Positions 52,560 through 64,000 of a stretch of 64,000 nt of DNA are shown piece after piece. The notes beneath the pieces were generated by a model. It was not told the origin of the DNA, ran no database searches, and was given only the letters and a program-made list of their open reading frames with translations. The number at the start of each line of letters is the position of its first letter. The first letter of the stretch is position 1. The position numbers were made by a program, and so were the translations under genes. Source of the stretch: Octopus vulgaris (taxonomy: Eukaryota); the NCBI GenBank assembly GCA_951406725.2, contig OX597821.1, positions 80,476,001 through 80,540,000 of the forward strand. The letters are read 5' to 3'.

Positions 52560-53372
52560 TTTCTTGTTTCAGCTCAAAGCTGCGGCCATGCTGATGCACC
52601 GCCGTTTTGTGCTACACTGTTATTACGAAGAACCTCGTCTAATATGTGGCACTTGGTGAAGAATGGAGTTTGATATAGCTGCTCTCATTTGCACCTCTTG
52701 CCGTGAGGTAGGTTCATCTGGGACTCTTGACAGGAAGATGTCCAGCTTTGATTTAAAAACCGCTACATCTACTTTGTGCAAGTTCCTCAGACTATTTGGG
52801 AAAATATTAAAAAGCTGTGAGCCCTTGAAACCCAGGCTGTTGCAGAAGCTGGTCCTGAAGCGTGATGGCATTGCTGGGATCTTTGGCACTATGCAGTGTC
52901 GTCCCGTTCTAGCATTGGTGTAGCTTACAATGCCAACATTTGGCACAATTCCTTCCAGGATCTTCCAGACATATATTACTGCATACCTCTCCCGTCTTCT
53001 CTTCAGGGAGTAGAGTCTTAGCTGTTTCAACCTTTCCCAGTAGCTGAGCTGTTGCAAAGAGACGATCTTCTTTGTGAATCTTCTCTGGATTGCTTCAAGG
53101 TCCGCTGTTAATTTTACACTGGTGGGTGACCATAGCTGTGAGCAGTAATCCAGGCGGCTGAGGACGAATGTCCGCCAGAGGACCATCATGGTTTCCTTAT
53201 CTCTGGTTCTGAATGTTCTTAGGATCCACCTAGCCAGTCGTCTGCACTTTGTCGCCATCCTGGTAATTTGTGCACTTGGAAAGAGGTATCATCACTCATG
53301 TCGATACCCAGGTCCCTCACAGACTTAGGCTCTGGGATTGAAATTCCCTGTGGACCGGTGTATCCTGTAAGT
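52560..53372 (-). mobile_element. 5'-truncated CR1-group LINE, a different subfamily from the 34-38 kb element
   Basis: ORF 52623-53258 aligns with 34225-34788 (MMVLWR..LDYCSQLWSP..RRRERYA.IY.WKILEG). Same 3' tail architecture. Confidence 0.92.
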
Positions 53373-53497
53373 TTAATATATATATGAAGAAAATAAAAAA
53401 ATGCAACAAGAACGTAACAGGCGACAACAAAACATCTGGACAGTTAGACAATACAAAAAAAGGACAGGTCATTCGGAGCTTCCTATCCTCAGTCGAG

Positions 53498-54117
53498 GGA
53501 TTTTTTCCTTTTGAACGGCAGATGTCAACACAATTTCTAGTTAACTAAACACTTTTAAACTTCGTATACTGGTAGAATGTATTTATAAATCATCATTTTC
53601 TCTTGGTTTTATTGAGAAAATTCTATAGTTTGTAAGATATTTCGTCTGAAAATCCGAGCATTTCGGCAATTTTAACCAATCGATTACCTCCATTCAACTA
53701 AAATCATTTGCTGCGTCTAAAACTGAGACAACATCCTGTAACTAACCGTAAACCTCCCCCTAACCCTAACTCTAAATTTTTTTTCTTAATTGTTAAATTA
53801 ATTTAATTCCATTGCTTTAGTTTCTTTACACGCGTAACAATTAAATTAATTTAACAATTAAGAAAAAAAAATTAGGGTTGGGGGGGGAGGTTGAGGGTTA
53901 GTTACAGGATGTTGTCTCGGTTTTAGACGCAGCAAATGATTTTAGCATAGGATTGGTTAAAATTCGAAAAATCAAACTACGTTAAACAAACAAATTACAA
54001 TTTTCTCAAGAAAGCCAAGAGAAAAAAATGTTTTATTTTGACCCATTCTACCAGTATACGAAGTTTTAAAGTGTTAAGTTAACTAGAAATTGTCTGCCGT
54101 TCAAAAGGAAAAGATTC
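53498..54117. mobile_element. Fold-back MITE with 8-bp TSD (Merlin-like)
   Basis: TSD cagtcgag at 53490-53497 and 54118-54125. Arms ttttccttttgaacggcag / ctgccgttcaaaaggaaaa; inverted over about 290 bp. Confidence 0.9.
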
Positions 54118-54184
54118 CAGTCGAGTTCCAGATCGTTTGCAGTTTCGACCGGTTACACTCGAGACTGCTACATTCTGGCCGGCC

Positions 54185-54220
<36 letters not shown>

Positions 54221-54369
54221 GGTCTATATATGCATACATGCACGGGAGTTGGGTGAGCTAATGTACACCACAAATATTTGATCACTATAAACAATACATC
54301 TGTGCAGCTTGTTCACAAAGAAATTTAAGGCCCTCATCTGTCCTTTTCGATAAGGGAGTCCACGATATG

Positions 54370-54425
<56 letters not shown>

Positions 54426-54612
54426 TACATAATATTTGTGTGTACACTTTATTTATATCTACAAATATTCAATAGTTAGATACACACACCGATACACAGG
54501 TAAACAATTTTACAGCGGAAATAATAAGGAAAAAAATCAATTAATGAAAAGGAAAAGAAAACCATGGGAACACGCACCCAATCAGGCGTACATACACACA
54601 CACGCACACACA

Positions 54613-54649
<37 letters not shown>

Positions 54650-54975
54650 ACACACACACACACAGCTAAACAAGTGAAGGGCAAGTACAAGAGTTCAAAG
54701 GTTATATTGGCGAGATATCAGTTTAGCTATGTCGTTGATAGGAGGGGCCCTTTTTATATTACTTTCGCTGAAGTGGATAAAAGGGAGGCAATGATATCAT
54801 TTAAACCTGATATTATTTTTTCAGACGATTAGTTTTCAAAGAAATATCGACCCCAAAACTACTGTGGTTCCTTCTCAACCCTTTGCCCACACGTCCCTCT
54901 TAATTTCCTCCATTCTCTATAACTGCCTTTCTCTATGGTGGTTTGATTACTCTTCATCTCTCCCTCTTTGTGTTT

Positions 54976-55406
<431 letters not shown>

Positions 55407-55744
55407 TCGATAAGTAGGTATAGATACAGATATATCGTTCTGTGTTTTTCACTTGACGCGATACATATATGTATGTGTGTCTGTGTATATATATGAATGA
55501 GGACGATAAGCACACGATACAATTTATACCATCTGTTCTCTACGTCCATTTTGCCTTTGTAGTTATTTGTATGCTCTGAATTCAGTGTTCATAGAGCAAT
55601 TGAACGCTGCTCCACAACAGTTCATCAAGGAGAATACTTTATTACGTTACGTTTCCACAGAGCAAATGCTTGAAGTTGATCAGATAGCAATGTACACATG
55701 TATTATACATACATACATACATACATACATACATACATACACAT

Positions 55745-56050
55745 GTGATCCCGTGACCGACCAGGCCATCAGATGTTGCTACACATCGCTGGTCACAATG
55801 CGCTTCGCATTGTTTTAGTTTTCAATGACGCCACCCCGCTGGCTAAGCGAGGAGGCCAAACAGAAGAAAGAGTGAGAGAAAGTTGCGGTGCAAGAGTACA
55901 GCAGGGATCGCCACCACCCCCTGCCGGAGGTTCGTGGAGCTTTAGATGTTTTCGTTCAATAAACACTCAAAACGCCCGGTCTGGGAATCGAAACTGCGAT
56001 CCTACGGCTGCGAATCCGCTGCCCTAACCACTGGGCCATTGCGCCTCCAC
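55745..56050 (-). mobile_element. SINE family C, full length
   Basis: Closely similar to 20097-20417. Confidence 0.92.
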
Positions 56051-56574
56051 ACATATACATGTACACACACACACACACATATATATGTATATCAAAAAGT
56101 TAGTATTTATCTCCCACTATAAGTGGATGTTGCGTCAGAACACAGGATATTGCGTTTTTACCATGGGAGAACCTCTTGTATGCGCTTATGGTGCATAAAT
56201 ATATTTAGGCTGATTGGTATATAGATATATACATGTATATATGTTTGTAGTATGTATGAAAGGTTAAGTTCTTAGCTTTAAGAGTATCGTGTAAGACCTG
56301 GTGCAAGCCCTACCTTCTGAGTTATTTTACAGAACTTAGAACAACTGAAGGACCGCTGCAATAAGTGTGTGAATCTGAGAAGGGAATATGTTGGAGAAAA
56401 TCGTAATTAACTGATCCTCCTATATTTTCTTTTACCCAAAACCAAGGATTTTCCAGCACCCTCTCGTTTATCTCAGTAATCTACACACACACGCACATGC
56501 ACAAATTAACATAATATACATTTATGTATTATACATACATACATACATACATACATACATACATACATACATGC

Positions 56575-56723
<149 letters not shown>

Positions 56724-56909
56724 GAGTCATTTAAAGAGGTTAAATGAGAGTTCAACTTGTCGCCGGTTAAGCCTGAAAGGTTGAAAGGTTAAATATCATT
56801 ATTGATAAACTCAGATTCCACCTTGATATATTTGCATTCGATTCAGGTATGCAGCTAACCCATTCATACATAGTGTGTATACACCTGTGCCTGGTTATGC
56901 ATACGTACG

Positions 56910-56970
<61 letters not shown>

Positions 56971-57277
56971 ATTATATTTATAGGCACCGGCCCCTAAGGC
57001 GTCCATCGAATGGAAATTAGTATCATTAAACGTTGAGGAAGTGACCTACCCAGGTCACTGGATTTCAGCTCGTGAGTTGCCATTATTTGAGATAAATTAT
57101 TCGTGTTAATGTTATAGATTGTAACACATAAACCTGCCAGAACACGAACGAAGCAGATGTCACGCCAATATTGTCGATGTCCCTGGAATTAAGGTCAGCC
57201 TTAAGGGGTGGGCGCTTAACCTACGGTTTCACCTTTATAAACTGCTATTCTTTTTCCTTTCTTTCTCTTGGGTACAT

Positions 57278-57660
57278 ACTCTTTTACTCTTTTACTTGTT
57301 TCAGTCATTTGACTGCGGTCATGCTGGAGCACCACCTTTAGTCGAGTAAATCGACCCCGGGACTTATTCTTTGTAAGCCCAGTACTTATTCTATCGGTCT
57401 CTTTTTGCCGAACCGCTAAGTGACGGGGACGTAAACACACCAGCATCGGTTGTCAAGCGATGTTGGGGGTACAAACACAGATACAGAAACATATACACAC
57501 ACATACATATATACGACAGGCTTCTTTCAATTTCCGTCTACCAAATCCACTCACAATGCATTGGTCGGCCCGAGGCTATAGCAGAAGACACTTGCCCAAG
57601 ATGCCACGCAGTGGGACTGAACCCGGAACCATGTGGTTGGTAAGCAAGCTACTTACCACA
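57278..57660 (-). mobile_element. SINE family B, young copy
   Basis: Nearly identical to 22146-22551. Confidence 0.92.
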
Positions 57661-57912
57661 TTGTTTTTATTTATTATCTGGTATATTGATTTTTTTAATC
57701 ATTTGTACGAAGGCCACAAAATTTTGAGGGAGGGTCCATTGTCAAGCAATTTGACCTCTATTTATGCTTACTTTAATCGACCCTGAAAATAAGGAATTTC
57801 AAAGTGAACCCTGTTGGAACTGAACTAAGAATTTATTGACTTAGCTAAATATCACAACAAATTTTCATCCGCTACTTTCTGTATCTGTTTTTATTGTCTT
57901 ATGTTTTTAATC

Positions 57913-58130
57913 AGGGCGGCAAGATGGCAGAATCTTTAGAACGCCGGGCAAAATGCATTTCGTCTGTCTTCACGTTATGAGTTCAAATTCCGCCAAGGTC
58001 GACTTTGTCTTTCATCTTCTCGCTGTCGATAAAATAAGTACCAGTCAAGTGCTGGGGTCGAGGTAATCAGCTTACCCCTCCCTCCACCACCCCTGATATT
58101 ACAGGCCCTGTGCCAATATTTGAAACCATT
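57913..58130 (+). mobile_element. SINE family A monomer
   Basis: gagttcaaattccgccaaggtcgactttg...aaataagtaccag. Confidence 0.82.
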
Positions 58131-58549
58131 ATCTTATGTTTAACCAATTAAGTGCAATGAACTAGTTGAATAATTAGTACGCCAGACAAAATGCTTGATG
58201 GCATTTCTTCTGTGTTCACCTTCAAAGTTTAACGTCAGCAGAGGTCGATAAGTTAAGTATCATTTGCATTCTGATGTCAAAGTAATTGTCTCGCTCTCTT
58301 CCCTCTATATTTCTCAAATATGTATGCAGACATAAATGCCTGGTTAAAAAACTTCGTTATTAATCCATGCTGTTTTAGATTCCTCCTAATTCCGCGGTGT
58401 CTTGTGTATATGTCTTCTACGATAGCCCCGGCTCTACCAATAACATGTGAAGGAACTTGGTAGACAGAAATTACTTAGAAACCCGTCATATATATTTGTA
58501 TATGTGTGTGTGTGTGTGTGTATACATATGTATATATAAATATATATAA

Positions 58550-58704
<155 letters not shown>

Positions 58705-58759
58705 TATATAACGGGAAGCTTTATGAAAATAGACAAAAGACGAAGGCAGGTTTACGGAA

Positions 58760-58815
<56 letters not shown>

Positions 58816-58873
58816 CCAAATTTACAGGGAAAAAATCAGATTTAGGATTAAATCCAATTTTATAGTAAAATAT

Positions 58874-59081
58874 TATATAATATTTATTCGAGACAAAACC
58901 ACTATTTTGCAAAACAAACAAGGAAAGACTTAATCAATACATAAAAATTTTAATATAAAGTAAATAAACCGCCACTACATGAAACAATTGTAGTGGCCGT
59001 TTATTTACTTTATATTAAAATTTTTATGTATTGATTAAGTCTTTCCTTGTTTGTTTTGCAAAATAGTGGTTTTGTCTCGAA

Positions 59082-59094
<13 letters not shown>
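58874..59094. repeat. Near-perfect palindrome, arms about 105 bp, 9-nt loop, in (TA)n
   Basis: Arms 58874-58979 and 58989-59094, about two mismatches by eye. Confidence 0.95.
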
Positions 59095-59153
<59 letters not shown>

Positions 59154-59176
59154 ATGTATATATGCATATATTTATA

Positions 59177-59252
<76 letters not shown>

Positions 59253-59609
59253 CGAGCAAAACGCCCCCCGTCCAATGGACGGTGCTGAGTTGTCAAACAA
59301 TTAAACCAAAACAACTTGTCCGACCTTCCCATAGGCCTCCCCTTTGAGAAACACTGATTTAACCAAAATTTGAGACACTAGCAAAAGACGGATTTCGACT
59401 GATGTACTTGCGCGTACAAATGCACGTTCCCACGGCTTTATCGATCGCATTCTCACCTGGAATCGATTTTTGTAATTTCTTCAAGACTTATACACGCCCT
59501 GATACCGTCGGTATCTACATATCAAATTTGGGCGCAATCGGATGGAGGATGCCCGAGATCCTAGAAGACAAACACACACAGACAGATAGAACGGATTTTA
59601 TATAATAGA
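59253..59609 (-). mobile_element. Non-autonomous Helitron-like element
   Basis: Minus strand starts A|TCtattatataaaa followed by a (ctgt/gt) microsatellite. Ends with hairpin ccgtcca-t-tggacgg, then CTCG|T. No TSD. Confidence 0.75.
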
Positions 59610-59849
59610 TATATACATATATACGTATGTATGTATTTTTACACACACACACACATATATATATATGTATGTATGCACGTATGTATGTGTGGATGCGCAT
59701 CTTTGTGCTTGTTTCCCGCTTGACAACTGGTGATGTTTTGTTTGCTTCGCCGTAACTTAGCGGTTGGGTAATAGAGGACGATAGAATAAGTACCAAATGC
59801 ATTGCAATGAATGAAACAAGTAAATGGTAAAAGCTACATTCCCTTACAA

Positions 59850-59919
<70 letters not shown>

Positions 59920-60473
59920 GAGTGAGAGAGCAGTGCATGCCATCAAAGTGACACTGGGGTAAAATATACGAAGCCCAATATACCCATCATGACTACCCGT
60001 CTGATAAAGGTACACCAGGCACATGCATCACAACCATATGTGCGCGACATGGTGATCTCATATCAAGATAAACAGCACATGACCTTGCAGGTGGGGCCCA
60101 GTTAGAATTTTCTTCGGGTTGAGTAGCCATCCCGCTCAAAAGGTCTCTGAATAAGGGTTGTTTAAGGATGTTGAAGGAACCACCCATGTTTCCAGAGGTG
60201 AATTATTAAAACCTCAAAGAATCCTTCTCAACACACGGCTATGATGCTCCCCCACTACTTCTGCTCGTGATCAGAGATGCACATATCGTCAGCCACTAAG
60301 GGACATGCTCAACTGGTTACGGTCAAACAACTGACAAGCAAATCTGTGGTATTGAGCAGAATATTTGCTGTAGCCCATCTTTTATACCAAGACAAAACAA
60401 TGTACATGATAACACTTCCAATCAGTTAAGATCAGAAGCCATGAGAGCCACTGCCTGGTACTGCATCAGGGCA

Positions 60474-60476
<3 letters not shown>
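59920..60476. mobile_element. Unclassified non-coding element of about 555 bp inserted in an (ATT)n tract
   Basis: Higher-GC complex sequence bounded sharply by pure (att)n on both sides; no convincing ORF. Confidence 0.55.
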
Positions 60477-60528
<52 letters not shown>

Positions 60529-60869
60529 TTACATCTCATAACCCACTGGAGAATTCCACGATGAATTACCAATCAGTTATTTCATAGGGTCCTTCGCCTA
60601 TGTTCACTTCCCTACAAACATCTGGAACAGTGCGCCAATGTTAGAACTTAATTTATACATAGGTGTGGACTCAGGTTGCGGCGAACAATGCTATTTCCTA
60701 TTGCATTGTATTGCTTTCTATTATAAAGGGGTTTTGTGCCTGTATGGAAATGAAGGGAAGCATTATCCTACAGCATTCTCTCTCTCTTATATGTTTGTAT
60801 GTGTAGGGATGTAAACTTACACACATATAACTATGTTTTATATACACATATACATTGATACACCCCTTC

Positions 60870-60920
<51 letters not shown>

Positions 60921-61166
60921 TGTATGTACACACACAAACACACGCACACACACACATATATATATATATTCATATACAAACACACACATATTTACATATA
61001 TCTATATACATATATATTATACATGCATATATATATAGATAGATATGCATATATATATATGTATACATGCATACACAAATTAATTTGATGCATACAAAGA
61101 TACTCACACGCAGAAAAGAGAAGCAGGAGTAAGGAGGCGGAAAAGCAGCAGCGGCAGTAGCAGCAG

Positions 61167-61223
<57 letters not shown>

Positions 61224-61540
61224 TAGTAGTAGTAGTTTGAAATCCAAACTTCAAATATATAAAAATAGAGAATTTAACCGGATCCGGAAATATGACAAAG
61301 CAACATTATTATCAACATCATTCTTTTTACTTATAAAATAAAAAAAGAAAGAAAAAGAAAAAAACAAAGAAGAAAAGAAGAAGGAAGAAAAAACGAAAGA
61401 AATCTATTTCCAGTATTTTCCTTTTTTTCTTTTTCGTTTTCTTTTTCTGTTTTTTTTTTTGGTTTTTTTTTTGTCTGGTTGGTTTTTCCGTACATTTCGA
61501 TTAATCTATCAATTCACGCCTGAAGTTACAATGGAAAATG

Positions 61541-61627
<87 letters not shown>

Positions 61628-61974
61628 GAGTGAGTGAAAAAGAGAGAGAGAGGGGGTTGGGAATCGAGAGAAAAGAGTGTGTGAAGAGTAAAGCGTAAAG
61701 GAGTGGTTTGAGAACGGTATTTAAAGAATTGTATGTCAAATATAAACGAGCTTCTGACTGGATATGATTGACTAGGCAGGTGCGTTAGTGGAAGCTTGTT
61801 GTAAACCTGCCCTGCGAGCAACGAAGACTCTGCTAAGGACAAGTAAAGATGGAAGGTGTTGATAAGACGGCTGATTAATAGTAGCCAATAAACATTCCTA
61901 TCATATGAGATGGAAGATGTCAGCAACACCAGAAACGGTGCCGTAATGTCTTTCTTAATGTAAACCCTTTACGC

Positions 61975-62456
61975 TGAAATCGACTTTGCCTTTCATCCTT
62001 TCGGGCCTTGTGCTTTTAGTAGAAAGGATTATTATTATTATTATTATTATTATTAAGGCGGCGAGCTGGCAGGACGAAATGCTTTGCGAGATTTCGCCTG
62101 TCGCTACTTTCTGGGTTCAAATTCCGCCGAGGTCGACTTTGCCTTTCATCCTTTCGGGATGGATAAATTAAGTACCATTTGCGTACTGGCCCTCTCCCAA
62201 ATTTCAAGCCTTGTCCCTTCAGTAGAAAGGATTATTATTACCGATACGGCGAGCTGGCAGAGTCGTTAGCACGCCGGGTAAAATGCTTTGCGTTGTTTTG
62301 TTCGTCTTCATGTTCAGATTCAAATTCCGCCGAGGTCGACTTTGTCTTTCATTTTTTTTTGTGTCGATGAAATAAGTACCAGTTGAACACTGGGTTCGAT
62401 GTAATCGACTTACTCCATTCCCGCAAATTTCAGGCCATGTGCCCATAGCAGAAAGA

Positions 62457-62458
<2 letters not shown>
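61975..62458 (+). mobile_element. Cluster of SINE family A copies separated by (ATT)n
   Basis: Family A heads at about 62056 and 62247. Confidence 0.85.
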
Positions 62459-62551
<93 letters not shown>

Positions 62552-62572
62552 CATCATTATTATTATTATTAT

Positions 62573-62992
62573 TAGTCAGTAGTCTTATTTTTATCACGTG
62601 CTTTCACTGCACTACTGAGCGCAGCTCTATGTGCCTTGGGTATGTGCTGTGGTTTGTTGTGATGCTCTTATTTATACTGTATTAAAAGTGTTTCATGTAG
62701 GATGCCTGCGGTGCCTAGTAGTGCTATTTTCTGTTTGTTATATATACTTGTTAGTCCTGGTGCTTTTGTTATGTATTTGAGTGTTTTTCTTATCATACCT
62801 AACACGCCTACTATTATAGGAATTGTTTCTGTTTTTAGACTGCACCTTCGAGTTACCTCTATTTCCAGGTCTTTGTATCTTGAAAGTTCTCCGTTTCTTT
62901 TAGAGAAACATTACAATCTGCTGGTAATGACAGATCGATTAGAAAACATTTTTTCTTGTTGATCTCTGACAACTATATCTGGCCTATTGGCC
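62573..62992 (-). mobile_element. R4/Dong-like LINE 3' end (REL endonuclease) with (TAA)n tail
   Basis: RPDIVV...CFLIDLS...RYKDLEIEVTR...KTETIPIIVGVLGMI; (taa)n on both sides. Confidence 0.85.
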
Positions 62993-63057
<65 letters not shown>

Positions 63058-63059
<2 letters not shown>

Positions 63060-64000
63060 GTCATTTACTTTTAATCTGCATTTTGATGCAATATGCCGGG
63101 GCACACCAGCGCCCTAGGCAAGTGAAGGTTAAGAGTTGTTGAAATATGCTGAAAGCTTGGGGGGAAGTAGAGAAATATCTCCATGTAATACAAACACAAA
63201 CATTTACATTGATAGGGTTTTCAAGGATGTAGTACTTGTTAGCACAATCTTTTGGATTTCTTGAGACATGGTTTTCCAGGGATATTGTCTAGGTGTTTCG
63301 ACATCCCTTTTTTATCATACCTAGGGCACCTACAATAACAGGAACAGTTTTGTTTTAAGATTCCACATCCTCTGTATTTCGATTTCCAGGTCCTTATATT
63401 TACTAAGTTTGTCAAATTCCTTGACAGATACATTTTTATCAGTGGGGACGCTTACTTCTATTAGTCTGCAGGTATTTCTTCCTGTCTTTAACAATTATGT
63501 CTGGTCGATTAGCCTTGATCGTTCTGTCAGTGTTGACTGGAAAATCCCAGAGGATGGTGACATCTTTACCTTCAACAACTGGCTGAGGATGTGTTCATAC
63601 CAGTTAGCAGGAGTGTCGGATTTGTAGTGTTTACATATCTTCCAATGTATATCTGTCCTACCCTATCGTGGCGATTTTTGTATTCGTTTGGTGTCAGCAC
63701 AGGACATCCCGAAACGAGATGGTCTATTGTTTCGTCAAATGTGTCACAGAATCTGCATTTAGGGTCAGTACCGTTTCGGAGAACGTTAGCCTGGTAATTT
63801 CTGGTAACAAGCTTTGATCTGTGCCATTATGAAGCCTTCAGTCTCTGCTTTCAATCCAGAACTCTTCAGCCACTGATGGTTGTTCTTGTACATCAGCATT
63901 TTGGCTCGAGAATGTATTGTCCATGCAGGGCTTCTGGCTCCACCGCCTTCAATTTGATTCTGCCCATTCTTTTTTGCAGTCTGCCTGATTCGCTTTGCTT
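63058..64000 (-). mobile_element. R4/Dong-like LINE 3' part (CCHC knuckle plus REL endonuclease), runs off the window
   Basis: DPKCRFCDTFDETIDHLVSGC...HDRVG; ANRPDIIVKD; LIEVSVP; KLSKYKDLEIE; VPVIVGALG; (taa)n tail. Confidence 0.92.

Noticed and set aside
60420-60476. U2 snRNA-like snippets (tgcagtacc..cagg; tctgatctta) on the minus strand
   Set aside because: Matches are about 10 nt and in the wrong order relative to U2.
61695-61960. Possible host exon
   Set aside because: No recognisable protein in the frames inspected and no convincing splice-site pair.

Overview
Eukaryotic, AT-rich, microsatellite-saturated non-coding DNA; the SINE repertoire looks like octopus (cephalopod) genomic DNA, which is my recognition rather than a database result. 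No host protein-coding exon could be supported, and nearly all ORFs in the track are translated simple repeats. The window is a transposon landscape: one near-full-length decayed CR1-group LINE (34.1-38.0 kb) plus three 3' fragments, R4/Dong-like REL-endonuclease LINE relics, a Tc1 transposase relic, a Penelope-like RT relic, three tRNA-derived SINE families, Merlin-like and Tc1/pogo MITEs, and two non-autonomous Helitrons. The most interesting signal is a set of short non-coding elements, mostly in (TA)n tracts, with hammerhead-ribozyme (CUGANGA...GAAAC...NUH) architecture. Several are built as fold-back palindromes, and one is fused to a tRNA-like Pol III head (48.6-49.1 kb), a candidate Penelope-mobilised ribozyme-bearing SINE/retrozyme family. 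All alignments and foldings were done by eye, and boundaries without a target-site duplication (TSD) are approximate.
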